NCBI GenBank assembly: GCA_013115145.1 | Contig: JAAPAO010000072.1 | Span: forward strand, 1 to 64,000 | Reading direction: 5' to 3' | Length of the DNA stretch: 64,000 bases | From: Perkinsus chesapeaki ATCC PRA-425 | Lineage: Eukaryota > Protista > Perkinsozoa | Shown: positions 13,343-28,200 of the stretch, piece after piece | How the letters are laid out: the number at the start of each line of letters is the position of its first letter | Position numbering within the stretch: position 1 is the stretch's first letter | Notes under the pieces: model-generated | The model's database searches: none | The model's input: the letters and a program-made list of their open reading frames with translations, nothing else | What the model was told of the DNA's origin: nothing | Translations under genes and position numbers: made by a program

Positions 13343-15094
13343 ACGTCAAAAAGAACAACTGACGACGCGCGTAATGCCGCAGTCGCCGTTAGCCGCTAAA
13401 TTTGGAAGGTGCGCTACTAGCCTCACATGTCCTGGGTATTACGGAGTGAAGGGTATACCGTGACTCAGCCTCATCATTCAATGGAATAAGCGATAGTTGT
13501 CGAATAACGATAGTTGTCGAATGATGCTAATCTTCGTCATGTGGCGGACCCGATTTTCTTTTGTTGATTCAGATATTGTTTACTTCAACTATATTATCTC
13601 TATACGTCTCGGCTGTCCAGCTCGGTTATCCAGAGGAATCATTACTAACTTAAACAGCAGTTGCTACGCGGAAGGCCTGCTTTCCACCGATGTCGAGCAA
13701 CGCGACGTGATTCTCATGTATTCCATACCCGAACGTGGTAAGGTGAGTCTTTGTCGGGAGTAGTGCCCGTGCACGATGTGTAGTATACATTGTACACTAG
13801 GGAATGCCTTCGCGATCCATTTTCGCTACGCTTGTAGGGCAATCCCTTCTACAACAGGATCACATGCTATCACGTGCGTGATGTGGATGCGAGGGCGCGA
13901 CCGAGCATGGGAAGTCTACGCGATGTAAGGGAGCGAGAGATAAGTGCAACCTGTCGGAGGGAGGGAGTTGAGGTAAAGTTGTCTGATGGAGAATTTCTAC
14001 GCGGGAGCTGTGTTTTGGACTCCACGTCTTGCCGGGTATCATGAGTATCGAGTACACCTGTATTCAGTTGAGGCAATGTTGTGGCAGCGGTTCTTCGAAG
14101 CAGCTGCGTGATTGAGAGCTTCCTTGCGTACGTTTATACAAGCCTTCGTCCGTCCGGTATTCGGCAGCCTTTTCTCGTCTTGTGATGAGAGGCCGGTCGT
14201 GCCCACGTAGCATGGTCGATACTGCGTTTATTGCATCTTTCAACAACACATTGAAGTCTCTCGGCAGTCAGGAAGTGCACCTTAAGAGCAATAGATAGAG
14301 AAGCCCACCGATACTAATGGCGGCATTCCATGAAGGTTGCAACGAGGTTGCGCTGCAAAAAGTACGATGATAAAGAGGACTAGGTACAATAACGAATAAC
14401 TGATGCTTTGAAAACTGCTTCTGGATGTCTCACGGTACATGCGTTAGTGGGAAGGAATGAAGAGTTTTACTGGCTTTCAGTTTACTTCTGGCTTAGCATA
14501 GTTTTCATTCTTCCTAATCGTTGCTGTTACTTCGCCCCCTTTGCCCATACCTTCTCCCCCTCTTTACGATTGTTAGGCGCTAATCTTACGCCACTGTAGC
14601 GGCTCTCCAAGGAGTATACTAAGTATATTATACTCCCGAGGCCTGGCGTAAATGAGAAGACATCGAACACTTCATCCTGTTATGTGATCCGATTGGGCTT
14701 GAGTCGGAAGAGCTCGAGTTAAATCAATAGTGGATAATCCGTGAAGCACTCGCAGCTTCTACTAGCCCATGCATTAAGATGAGACAGTGTAGCTTCAAAT
14801 AGGTGGAGGGGGTGAAATTGCCAATCACGTAGAAAGTAATTCTTGCCAGGCTTGAACGAAGCAGCGGCCACAGTGAAAACATGTGCTCTCGACGCTTGAG
14901 TATGCAAACGGCAATACGCATCTCACTCTTCTTTATACTAGGCTCTATAAACATATATTCACTTGAGCAATCCGAACACCACCCAGTTGGTGATAAGTAG
15001 CATTATCTAAAATTGTGCTACCGACCCCAGATACAACTCAACAATTCTTCGCTATGCCTGACAAAAAAGGCATCACTTTCAGAGTTCATTCTGT

Positions 15095-16980
15095 TCAGGT
15101 GCTATTGTTACTCGCATCATTCTTTGTGGTGTGTTCCTCAATTGGTACTGTTTCGTCATCTTCAGCTAGTAGTAATCTACCAACTTCAACCATGCCTTTG
15201 TCATGATCAACAAACAATGCCAGCGCAATTGATGGCAGTACTATCATCATCAGTAAATATATAAAACCCCATCTTAGTGATCCAGTACCATGTCGGATAA
15301 GACCGATAATAAGCGGGCCAAGCCAACTAGAGCCCCTGTCTGTGATGGCAAAAAGTGAGAAGAATTCTGTTTCTCTGCCAGGTATAGTGAGGTCAGCATA
15401 GAGGGCTCTTTGAAAGGACTGGACAGCTCCTATGTGTAGCCCATGTATAGCGGCGAAAATGTACATTTCGGTACCGGTCTTGAAACCAAACGGTAAGGAC
15501 GGTATCAAACCAAGGCAGCCATAAAAGCAGAGGACGACATAGACTAAAAGGTTTATGAGCAATACAGTTTTGGTGCGCAGATTTAGTTTGGCTTTGAGCC
15601 ATACGTAGAAGCAGTTACCAATGACAGAAGCAGGCCAGATTATAAGTAGCATGATGGCTTGATTGTTGACCCCAAAACATAAGGTTTCTTGTGCGAATAA
15701 TACACCCAATGAGACGATTGTAGAAAGTGCATCACTGTAGAAGAAGTAGCAGACAAGGAAGATACCAGTGTTCTTAAACCTCACTGCATCTCGAATAGTG
15801 AGGCCAACACTCTTCCATCCATGAAATACAACTAACCATTTAGGATGGTATTCAGGCAAGGGAGTCCCTGGCCTTATCTTTAACCAATAAAATACTAACG
15901 GAGTTAATAGTGCCCACCACAGACCACAGATCATAATACTTATTCGAAGGGATAGCTTCTGTCTACTTTCATCGCTACCAAGCAAGAGTGTAATAGCAAA
16001 ACAGAGAACCATAATAACTCCAGAGGCTGCATAACCCCATATGAAACCATAGGCAGATGTTCGATCCATAAGATCTTCACGAAATTGCTTCAAAGATTCC
16101 GGAACGTGAAGACCAGCAAAACGAATCAAAGACGGATGTGCATCAACAAGGACTGGCAAGTATGCATTATAGAAGACGCTTCCTAGGCCAAAAAAGGTAT
16201 TCAATATTATAGTTAGTAAAGCTGCAGCGAAATACAGACTACCAGATGACATAAAAATGAAACTGATTGCCGTGAGCTGAGCTATGACGCTGGTTATCAA
16301 CATTCCATAATATCGAATGCTAAGATGATCGGCAAACGCTCCAAAGGATACAAAAAAGATAGCTTGTACGGCAACTGATAATGATACGGTGAGAGAGGCA
16401 AAAGCCGTAGGGTCGACGGCAAATCCAAAAAAGTTGACCGACGGAGGGAACCATGTGACAAACTTCTGAGCGATCCGGTCCCACAGTAGGAGACCTGAAA
16501 ACACGCATATTCGGTGATACACATTCCTCTATTGCCGTTACCTTCCCCCTCTACACAGTGTGTACAGTCTGCGGTAGCGAATAGCTGTCCTTTTACATTC
16601 TTTGCATAGCAATAATCATCGTTACAATACGCATCATCGTAACTTATACAATACCGTTGGCAAACATCAATAACAGTGGTATTACGAAGCACAGCTTCTG
16701 ACTGCTGATCCACTGTATCCTTGGTCAAGGGCGAGCTTGGAGAGGAGCAATGGGATAAATACATTGAATGCATAATCTGTGCAAAACCAATACGTACATG
16801 CTAAATAGGTTTTTCTCGTATCTTACTTCCTACGGCAGAATTACCAGCGTCATAAAGATACCATCCCAACCTCTCTTTAGAGAATGCCTTGAAGCACAGT
16901 TTGGTGTCCTCGGTACATTCTGAGGTGGTACTTGCAATATCACCTTCAACCGTTAATGGTGATAAACGTGGAGATGACAT
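15095..16980 (-). CDS. Atg22/UMF1-like MFS transporter, copy 3
   Basis: Same layout; exon 1 starts MSSPRLSPLTVEG. Confidence 0.88.
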
Positions 16981-18652
16981 GCAAAGAACAGCTGAATAAT
17001 TTGCAGTAACCTGTATTGTTAACTACGTCAGCCCAAATGTCGAACCCTCGTCAATATAAGCCAGCGCAAGTACATGCTGCTCTCGATGGAGCTATCGGGA
17101 GTAGTGGGACGAACGCATACCATTACTAACACGACCTCGAAGGCTTTGTGCAAAGTAGTGCTCAGTAGTACAATACAGTTTCGAGGTACAGACGCTTGAG
17201 ACCTCGGAGGCAAGGAAGGAAGCGTAGGTGAGGTCACCAACAGCAAAGAAAATAGATTCCGGCGAAAAGTCCTTTGTGGCTCACTGACCGCACGCGTGTT
17301 CACTTAGCCAATCTGCCCAAGGAGCGCCACGCCGGTGGCCGAATACGACAGCGAGACTCCGGCTGCAGGGGGATGTAAAGGCTCGAAGCTGCACGTGCCA
17401 GAACAGGATCCATTCACATACAGTATATCAGGCACACAGCTACAGACGGCTCAAGCAGAAAGATACAAGAACCTCCACGAGGTGTGCACGCTCGTGGTGA
17501 AGCCTTGCTAGCTGTGTTCGGGCAAAAAACTGTTTACATGTCGTAGGGTTCTAGGTGCATAGTTTTCAGTAGGGCATGGAGGTGAGAGAGAGCGTATATC
17601 TGGATCGGCTTCGGTGATTCCACACACATTTACCAATCTTTACGCGATTCATATTCGTGCGATATGCATTGACGTGCACATGTACGCATAAACCAACCAG
17701 AAATCGATCCACTTTTCAACCCTCTGATACGGTTGAAACGTTCCCACGGTTTGGATCTGATTCGCGCAGGCAATCATGACCAAGTCGTAATTGCTTAATA
17801 TGCCTCCTAATAGCTCCTAAACTGGCAGATCTAGACGATCACAGCAGGCTGAGCGAGAGTTTCTCACCGTGAATGGTTATTGAGGATCTCTCAATACGCT
17901 TATGGTTGGGTCCAACTATACTTCAAATGTCTACCAGTAGTTTTGTCGGAAGAGTACCGTTAACTAGGGGTTCATGAATGTTAGTGTAGTAAAATCTGGT
18001 AGTTTATACGGGGCGGTCGTTCTGAATAGCAAATACGCGTCTCAGAGCACGATTTAGTGTTGCACGCCTGCGCAGTTGATCCTTATAAACAGTGTTGATC
18101 AACGACTCGCAAGAAGTCACCTCACTAGTGCAGTATCCCTTAGGCGACCGCTTAGGGTTCTGTCACTAAGTCGAGCGTTGGTGCATGGTTAGACCGCAAA
18201 CCAGTCTTCCACGTTCTTCTGTGGATCTATCTCGCTTTCATCCTCATGCATAACTTTTTAGAGTGAACATGTTGACTGGCCGTTGCGATTTCACGTTAAC
18301 TCATCCATTAAAAGCCATTCACACCACGTTGGCCGCGCACCACAAGTTTTCCTAATGACGAAAGAGTCTCTGGACGAGCATCTTAAGAGTTGCACAATAT
18401 GGGCGACCAATGGAAGATGAGTAGATGACACGGCTATCTCTCGAGATCATTCCTTCTCGATACATGCCTAGCGACGACCTTTACATTATATGGAGAGGAA
18501 ACACTCAAGTTAAATTCCTCTTTCTATGCTAGCGCTTGTCATTTGCTGCTGGAGGCAAAGACAAGCATTACTCTGGAGCATTAACAAACTCTACGCAGAA
18601 TGGTGACTTTTCGACCTTCAAGATAAAATTACGGTAGATACAATGAGCAGAG

Positions 18653-20581
18653 CTATCCAACATCACGGTTGGAATGACCGGTTACTTCAGTCTTTTCCAC
18701 TGCTTGCAGTATTTCAGTATTTTCATTTACCGACAATCTACCAACTTCAACCATGCCCTTATCATGATCGACGAAAAACAATAATGCCAGCGATGGCAGT
18801 AGTATCATTGCGAGTAAATAGATGAAGCCTCCTCTTAACGATCCAGTATTATGTCTGATAAGACCGACAATCATCGGACCAAGCCAACTAGAGCCCCTGT
18901 CTGTGATGGCAAAAAGCGAGAAGAATTCTGTTTCTCTGCCAGGTATAGTGAGGTCAGCATAGAGGGCTCTTTGAAAGGACTGGAGAGCTCCTATGTGTAG
19001 CCCATGTATAGCGGCGAAAATGTACATTTCGGTACCGGTCTTGAAACCAAACGGTAAGGACGGTATCAAACCAAGGCAGCCATAAAAGCAGAGGACGACA
19101 TAGACAAAAAGGTTTATGAGCAATACAGTTTTGGTACGCAGATTTAGTTTGGCTTTGAGCCATACATAGAAGTAGTTACCAATGACAGAAGTAGCAAAAA
19201 TGATGATGAGCATGATGGCTTGATTGGTAACCCCAAAACATAAGGTTTCCTGTGCGAATAATACACCCAATGAGACTATTGTAGAAAGTGCATCACTGTA
19301 GAAGAAGAAGCAGACAAGGAAGATACCAGTGTTCTTAAACCTCATTGCATCTCGAATAGTGAGGCCAACACTCTTCCATCCATGAAATACAACTAACCAT
19401 TTAGGATGGTATTCAGGCAAGGGAGTCCCTGGCCTTATCTTTAACCAATAAAATACTAACGGAGTTAATAGTGCCCACCACAGACCACAGATCATAATAC
19501 TTATTCGAAGGGATAGCTTCTGTTTACTTTCATCGCTACCAAGCAAGAGTGTAATAGCAAAACAGAGAACCATAATAACTCCAGAGGCTGCATAACCCCA
19601 TATGAAACCATAGGCAGATGTTCGATCCATAAGATCTTCACGAAGTTGCTTCAAAGATTCCGGAACGTGAAGACCAGCAAAACGAATCAAAGACGGATGT
19701 GCATCAACAAGGACTGGCAAGTATGCATTATAGAAGACGCTTCCTAGGCCAAAAAAGGTATTCAATATTATAGTTAGTAAAGCTGCAGCAAAATACAGAC
19801 TACCAGATGACATGAAAATGAAACTGATTGCCGTGAGCTGAGCAATGACGCTGGTTATCAACATTCCATAATATCGAATGCTAAGATGATCGGCAAACGC
19901 TCCAAAGGATACAAAAAAGATAGCTTGCGTAGCAACCGACAATGAAATGGTGACAGAGGCAAACGCGGTTGGATCCACATCAAATCCGAAGAAGTCAACT
20001 CGGGGAGGAACCCAATCGATGAACTTTGTAGTGAATACATCCCATAACATTCGACCTGATAAAGTTACAATGAAAGACAAGGCAAGTCGCGATAATTGGG
20101 AGCGATGAGAGACAGCTTTATAACAGAGATTCTGCTACCTTCCCCTTCCACGCAGTGTGTACAGTCTACCGTTTTGAATAATTCTTCGCTTAAGCTGTTC
20201 ACATAGCAATGACTGGCATCGCATCGTACATCGTCGTAACTACAACAAGACCGTCCGGAAGGCACTGTAGGTGGTTTGTTACGAGGAGCAACTCTTAACT
20301 GCTGATCCGCTGTATGCTTGATCTAGGGCTAGGTTGGAGAGAAGTAATGGGATGAATACCACTAAAGCCAGGCCTGCTAAGGGAATCTTATGCCAGTGTG
20401 AGAATGCACAGCCTGCTTACTCACCTCCTATGGTGGAATTACCAGCATCGTAAAGGTACCAGGCAAACCTCTCCTTCGAAAAAGTCTTATTGCACAGTTT
20501 GGTGTCTTCCGTACATGGATAACTCGCACTTGCAACATCACCTTCGACCTCTGTTGTCGGCGACGGAACCGCTCTCACCAT
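18653..20581 (-). CDS. Atg22/UMF1-like MFS transporter, copy 4 (mosaic of copies 2 and 3)
   Basis: 5' part nearly identical to copy 2; the GCLGLIPSLPFGFKTGTEMY segment is nearly identical to copy 3. Confidence 0.88.
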
Positions 20582-22253
20582 ACGTCTTCTTAAAAGACGA
20601 AGAAGCTAGTGGCCAGAGTAATATCTCCCATTCAGCAATGGCAGTATTATAGCACAACACTATGATGAATCATGCAATGAGATAAGGGGACAGTGATACT
20701 GGACAATGATAACAGATAATAATAGTAAGTCTTTAACTTTAACGCTTTACGTTTAATCTGCTGCTACTGTCCTCACTTGTACGTGTACTAAATATTCTTA
20801 TGCGTCTTGGCTCTTCAGCAGCAGTTGCATCTTTAGATCCCACTCTGGACCTACAAAATGGAATAAGTCTGAGGAGGATGAATGTAGCGAACAGAGTGCT
20901 CATATTTCATGTACTGCAAATGCTTGAGGAGGTCAAGGAGCGCTCACGCTCGACGAGAAAGGCTACTAGGGAGAGTGCGCCGCCCATGACCCTGCGCGGC
21001 TCCGACAAAAGGGCACGATTTTGGAGATTTTTCTACTTTTTTCATACTCTTCACCCTGACAGAAGAGTTTGATGAGCGTTGTCCGCCGCCTTGTACACGC
21101 GTGCAAGGTCTGGGCATTGTCGTGCGCGTGCGTGTTTGGTGCCACCTTGGGGGTGGTTGCCAGGATAAGCTCACAAGCGGGACGATGAACTGGGCAGATG
21201 AGACCGAATATAACGGAAGGACTGCTGTTGCCCTAGAACCAAGGGCTCAGGATATTCGGATTACTAAACTGATCGTTATACATGCACATGCGTGCCTACG
21301 CTGGCGCATACATCTCGTCCCTCAGGCGCGCCAGCAAAAAGGAATCAATACTGGAAGACAACAGGAAGGGCACAGAAATGAAATCTACACTAATAACTAC
21401 TAATGAGCTCATGTACTTCGTACAGCATAGTGGCCTCACGGTTGGTTTTTTGCTTATGTCTGTTTTTAGGTATTTCCGGAGCTCTTTCTCTTATCTCAAC
21501 CCTATTTTCTCCTTCCATATTCTGTCTTAGGAGTAGACAAACATTGTTCAAAAATGCACACTTTTTCCTGAACATGCACAAGTGTCTATCCCTCACTGAC
21601 GCCTCGCACACGATCTCCATACAAAAGTTGTTCATCAGACATAATGGCCGCTCAACAATAATTGGAAAAAAGGCTTTCCAACTATACTCTTCCCGCATTG
21701 TGACAACACGGCTGCAAGTATGGAAAGGCGTTGTCTGCTGAGTGCATACTGTGGTTGGTAAATGTTACCACATTCTGTCGCGTTATCGTTGTTTGATCAC
21801 TGCTATATTACCCTTGCTGTACGTATGTAGTCAACAACGATATGTATCACAGCGAACAACCGTATGTGGCGCCGCCGCCGCCGCACATATCCCTGTATGC
21901 TCCACGACGTGGAGCCCCTGTCTTCTACTGAAATCCGTGTCATCCGGATTCTGTAGTCCCTTTCTACCAAACCAAATTCAGTCCAGTCCGAGTGGTTGCC
22001 CTAGGAAATGAGGATGTTTAAACTTGCTGTTAACTACTAGCTTTGAGCCATTGTTAAAATGTCTGTGGCGGTATGATGACGCATGATGCATATGTCCGTT
22101 GCATGACCGCTGTATGAAAAAGGTACTATATTCTTCATTGCGTCACCACGCTCGCCACGTGAATTGGATAAGATAGAAGGCTTCATTCGAGGTCAGCGCA
22201 GTTCATTCTTGTTAGAATACAAAGTAACGAGAACAAGAACAAAGCAGACTTGG

Positions 22254-25200
22254 TCACCTTTTAGTAGTGCTTTGAGGTTCATCAGGGTTGTTGTTGTCAT
22301 CAACGTCGTCGTCGTATTGGTCACCAATCCCTGCCACAGTATCATCACTAGGCTCATCGCATGACCGTCCATTAGCACGACAGCCAAACTTGAGATAAGG
22401 ATTATTTGTAAACCTCTCGTAGACGGAATGATCAACAATTCTCCACCTAGACACCATGACTATTGGTCTATACGTTTATACAACGAGCAGGGCCTTACTT
22501 AGAGCAAGCGTCACACTGAATCCATTGCGTGTCCAAGTTGTCTCGAGTTAGCATTTGGTTATCAGCGCCAATAACACCGTCTGGTGCATCGGCACATGAT
22601 ACTCCTTCGAGATTAGAGCACTCGAACGCGGCATCACCAACGTATCTTGTCAACAGCAACGTAAACAAAACTTCGCCGTCATCACCTTTACCGAATCCTT
22701 ACTTCCGGTAGATACTCAAAACCACTTTACGCCATTTATTGCACTTCGAGCATTGTACCCAACTATCCTTCTTCTCCCTAGTCATGAATGATGATGATGA
22801 CGTCCTGTTTAGAGAAGTCTAATGGTAACAATATGTAGTCTTCCTCTACCTTAAAGTGCGCTTTCGCGTGGGGGGATTAACACTGCTGCTGCTACTGCTG
22901 CTACTTGCTGGTTCGAAGGATGCTTCATTCTCTTCCTTATTAGTCTCACCAACAAGTGGAGGCCGGTTACTCCTGATAATATTTTCCTCTATATTTCAGC
23001 ACTCAGTCTACTTATGATTTATCTCCCTCTCAGTAATAGATGAAAGCTTCATCAATCCTTTAACCATACATGTAACACACTCCTTTACTTCCAATGGTGA
23101 GTATCGATGACAATAAGCCAACAACTTAAGGTCCTCCTGTAGTGGTTCAACTCCTCTATAATACTTCTACCATCAGTTCATTAACTCATAGCCTGCCACT
23201 TATCGAACTTACTCTATTTTTCAATCGTTGTGATATTAGACCAGTCCAGATCGGGTAAGCATTATCAATTATATAGTCCTTCGGGTAGTCGGCCGACTCG
23301 AACGGTGATTCGTGGACAAGAAGGCTGACTCTTTGGAACGCATCAGGGGAAAGAGCCTGTCAGTCTCACATGGTCGTAAACCTTAAGAGAGCATCATCAT
23401 CCTCCGCCTCCTACCTGCGAGTTTCCTGTTGTTGATAACATCCAATGACCTGCAGGTAAAGGCCCTGCTCTGAGCCTGTCCAACCAAGATAGAATAAGAT
23501 CCCCTCTAGCCTTCGACAATGTAGGGTATTCACATGGAATAGAGGCAAGGAATGGATCATCGTCATCTAAGAAAATACAGCACTTCTTCACATTAAATTA
23601 CGATAAGCCTACTCGATCTATCAGCCACTTCTTCCTCTTCCTGCGTGAGGCACCAAGGCCAACGCCATGACCTTTGATTCACGGCCTCGCAAGTGCCATC
23701 ATCCTCTTCCTTTACAGAAGATTCCTCTTCGAAGGGGAGTGTATCCTCTTCAGGTGGTATAAGCTCCCATGCACACACAACAGTCGACGACTGCTCTTGC
23801 TCGGCAGCAGCAGCAGCAGGTAGCTCATCATAGCTACATGACGATGACGAAGAAGAAGTATTGGTGATGTTGTTATTGGTCAACGGAGCTATAGCATCAT
23901 CATCATCATCACCATCGACAGGGCAATCTCTCACCTACACCAATCCTTGTTTGCAAGGTTTGTCAAGACGCCGCTTACATTTATATTTTTCCATCCCATA
24001 AGTCCTGGCACTTTAACCGTCCACAAGCTACTGGTCGCGGCGGCACCCTCACTTTCCTCGGATGCAAGCTGATTCCCAGAAGTCGCAGCAGCCAATATCG
24101 ACACTTCTTCCTCCTCATTTTGATCATCATTATAATCAATTATTTCGACAGCACTAAAATTGTCATCGTATTTTAATCGTGCTTGAGAGCCTTTCATTGG
24201 TGGACGGGCTCTCCAATAATCGAGAGAAGCTCTCATGCGAGGAATCGGTACGAGTATATCAGCATCACCATCTGATGGACGATAATGTAGAGTGAATCTT
24301 TTACCAGCAGCCGGATGAGGTGGTATGACCTATCAAAGCAAACAATACCTTCAAAACTGCTGCAGCAGCTGACTTACCTCCATCCTCAAGCGCACCATAA
24401 TAAGGTTGCCAAAGCCTCCGTTATCAAGAAGATCTACAGACTTCCGCACAGCTGCTTCTACACGACGTTGATCTTGTTCACCGGGAAACAAATATAAAGG
24501 AGATGCTAACACTTTACAGTCCACCTGATGATAAACTGGTTACTAGGCCATGCTCTCATCGAGCAGCATTACTCACCGGTGCATGCTTATCTGATACACC
24601 AGCACACCAAAAGTAAGGATCAATGTCATCATAGGTTAAAAGCAGCTCTGGCCTCTCTGGTGGAAAGTATCGAACATAGTCTCCAACTTGTGGTATATAC
24701 ATATCAACATTTGGATTATGTTCAATGACCAATAACCAATCTCTTAACGACTTCATTGACCTCCATGTCGGATCTATGTACGCTTTAATTTTGAGATCTG
24801 TTATTATAACACTTCTAGGATGGTCCAATGGTAAGCATGCATTGCATCGATAAATGCCATCTATTAATTTATCCATTTTTTGTCTTTCTTTCAAAGATTC
24901 GTCCAATCTCACACAACCGATGTGTACCGAGTTGCCACGACATCTTTCTGCACATGTCACAGTAGCACCACTGTTACCACAGACGCTACAGATCGTTCGC
25001 GTCGCGCGCCTCAAAATTCGTTTCAAATCCGGAATGACCAGAACTTGCTTTAGAGGTTGTTGCCGTGCTCCAGTGCTGGTCGTCGTCGTCTGTGTCGAGA
25101 AATCTTTAAGTTCGACTTTAACATCATCGCTTGCCATGAGGCAGGCGGTATGAATATAAATGGGAAGGGACGAACTTGAATGGCGTAGTAATGGGAGATT

Positions 25201-28200
25201 CGGGAACGGGGACGATGATGTCGATGTGCTGTCGACACTGAAGGAGAACTCACTATTGGGATGACAGCAGTAGCAGCAGTCGTACTGACCTTAGTTCAAC
25301 AAATGGTCCAAGAAGTTGTCCAGTGACTAGCGCTGATTGTGATGATTGGTGGCATAGCTCACATAAAGCATTAGAAGGCGCGTCACCATTAAATGCAACA
25401 GCATGCAATGACGGTGGTCCACGCATGAGGGTTCGTCTGCTGCGATTCACGCTGCTTGCTGGTGCCACCTCAACATCTACACAAAGAGCCAGAGGTTCAT
25501 CACGTTGAGTGCGACAAGATAGCTCACCTTCATCCGCTGTGTCCTGCTGCTGCTGGTGGGGGTGTCTTCGATTTCGCCGTCTCCTAGTGCTCCTATTCCT
25601 CCTCATCTCCCGCGATGGAGTATGTCGGCTGCCCTCTCTACGATAGTCACTGTCAAGCTCGGAGCTGTCACCACCATCTTCTGAGCCATAGTCGTCATAG
25701 GGCCTGAAAGTGAGTGTTAGTATGATGACAGAATGAACCCTGTTCACCAACCTATGCAGTATTGTCCTACCAGACCTTGTTGTCATCCTTGCTTCATATC
25801 CTCCATCAGAGCCACCTGCACCAACCTCAGTGTCATGCCTAAATGGAGGCCTCGGCAACGAACTCTCATAGAGCCCGGCGACTGACGTTCCATCATTTCT
25901 CCGAGGTGCTGTTGGTGTGACAAACCCATTTTCAATAGGACCACCGCTGGCATCTGATCGCCACCGGTTTCCGACATCATCATCATCTTCGTCGTTCGTT
26001 GGTTGCGCCATTGGTGCATTATAACTAACACATCCTTCACCTCCCTAAGCTCGAACAACAACAACAGCAGCTCACCCCTCTCCTGTAACTGGGATGCCCT
26101 TTAGATAGGCAGATCGCCGCCGACGACGAGGTGGGACTGGTCGGGCGGATTGAAAGCCTCCAGAGCTACGTCTCGGATACGGTCTCATACGTGAATCACA
26201 CAGAAGCTCATCAGGTCTTGTGCAGTGAACCTGAAGGAGCCGACAGTGATATTCATAAGATTCATGAAGATCATGGCTGCTGCTGACCCCTGCAACATAA
26301 TCTCCTTCAAAAAACTGTTCCTCGAATGGGGCAGCATCCAACGGGTTAGAGGAAGCCAATTGTGCGGTACCAAAGTAATGAATCTGAATAATAATTATTA
26401 GTTAGTAAATATCCTTATATAAACCTACACAGCCTATACTGTCGGTTACCACCAGATCTCCTCGACCATCAAATTGCCCATCACACAGTTGTCTAGTTAT
26501 ACATTCACCTTTCTGAGCATGACAGCAGTTGAGGTCGAACCTATAAGAATACATAATGCTGATGGAATGCTGATGCATATCACTTATTAATTAATTTCGC
26601 CACGCCTTCCTCTGGATCGATACGCCAGAATGTGACACCACCATCATAGGAGCACAGACAGAACATCCAGGGATACGCGAATCGTGCCTGTGGAGGTATA
26701 CCGGCGGTGGCGGCGGTATAGTATAACTATTATAATACACTCACAGCTAATGCTACATAAACCTCACCATTCACCACAGAGGGATGGATAACAGCATCTA
26801 GTAATATAGATGAGGTTGTCTCAAAGACCTAGGAGATGATTTATAGGCGAGTAGGATAAGGTGTAGCAGTAATGGCTTACCAGAGCACCATATCGATACT
26901 CCCTCCCTTCAGTTGGCAATGTTGGGGTCTCATCACGACACTCTTCTACAGGATTCTCGGCAACCCCACAAATGATATATCTGATCACGTCAAGTGGGTG
27001 GTGGATATAAATATAGTTTAACCTATCATCAGCTGTCCAAGAGAATGTTCGTATGGCATGTTGGCCCCATACACCTTTCACTGATGAGCATGCCTGTCAA
27101 AATGAACAATACACATTGGCTGTTGCTGCTGACCAGTGGTGTTGCTGGAGGAGGGCCCACCTGAGAGAGGGGACTCCTCGAAACCTTCCCGTTCACAATT
27201 GTCCGGACCAACGAGTCTCCCGTTGGTATTATTGGATGAATCAATTCAACATACTCAGGCAAGGGATGCATCGGAGTAGACAATCTCTGAAAGAGGGAAA
27301 AGATACGCAAGCGCACTGCGAAGATTTCTCACCATAGCCTCAATCCACTTCCCATTTGGCCGGGTGTACACATCAGTGGAGGCCAGTTTCCAGAGCACAA
27401 GTCCACCATGGTCATCAGAGCTAGCACAGTCACCGGTAATGTTATTAAAGCATACGTGTGATACAACTTGATTGTGAACACCACTGAGCTCAAATCTGAT
27501 AAGGACCACCAACATTCATCGTCACTTCTGATGAGTATCTTTGTCTTACTCTAAATGATGGTATTTAACAAGCTCTGGAACCCTCGGATAAGACTTCACT
27601 GGTCGCTCGCCATGCGGTTGCACGGAGAACACCCTTACACATTTATCACTGCAGCCAACTGCAAACCAGAAGTTTAACGGCCGTCGTTTGGTGTCTTCTG
27701 AATAGCAATGGTGGATGAGCGATATGATGGTAGTAAAGCAGCAGCAGCATCACTACCATCGATTGCATTATCTAACCCAGGAAAGACATGAAAGCCTCTT
27801 ATTAAAGTGTTATCAACATCCAGGTAGTATCTGTATAATAGATCATGAATAAGCATTGGATGATAGAATAATAGTTTAACTTGCAATAGCCCACTAATAC
27901 TTCTCCACCATTGTCTCTCGTTACTGTACTCAGATCCCATATAAATATACCACCATCACAGGTAACGGTTATGAACACCTGAAAGGGGATCATGAATCGA
28001 ACACGGGGACAGAAGTTGTGCTACTTGTTCGTGGTTTTTGGATGGAGTAAAAGCCATGAAGTGGACCTCTGCTGTGAACTCAAGCGCAGTTAAAGGCCGG
28101 CTCTGCTGGTCTTCATCGCTGACCTCCCATAATCGTACCTTAAATTGAGTGCTATGGGGATCGAACCTACGCGGAACATGTCCAGTGAACCATAAGTCCA

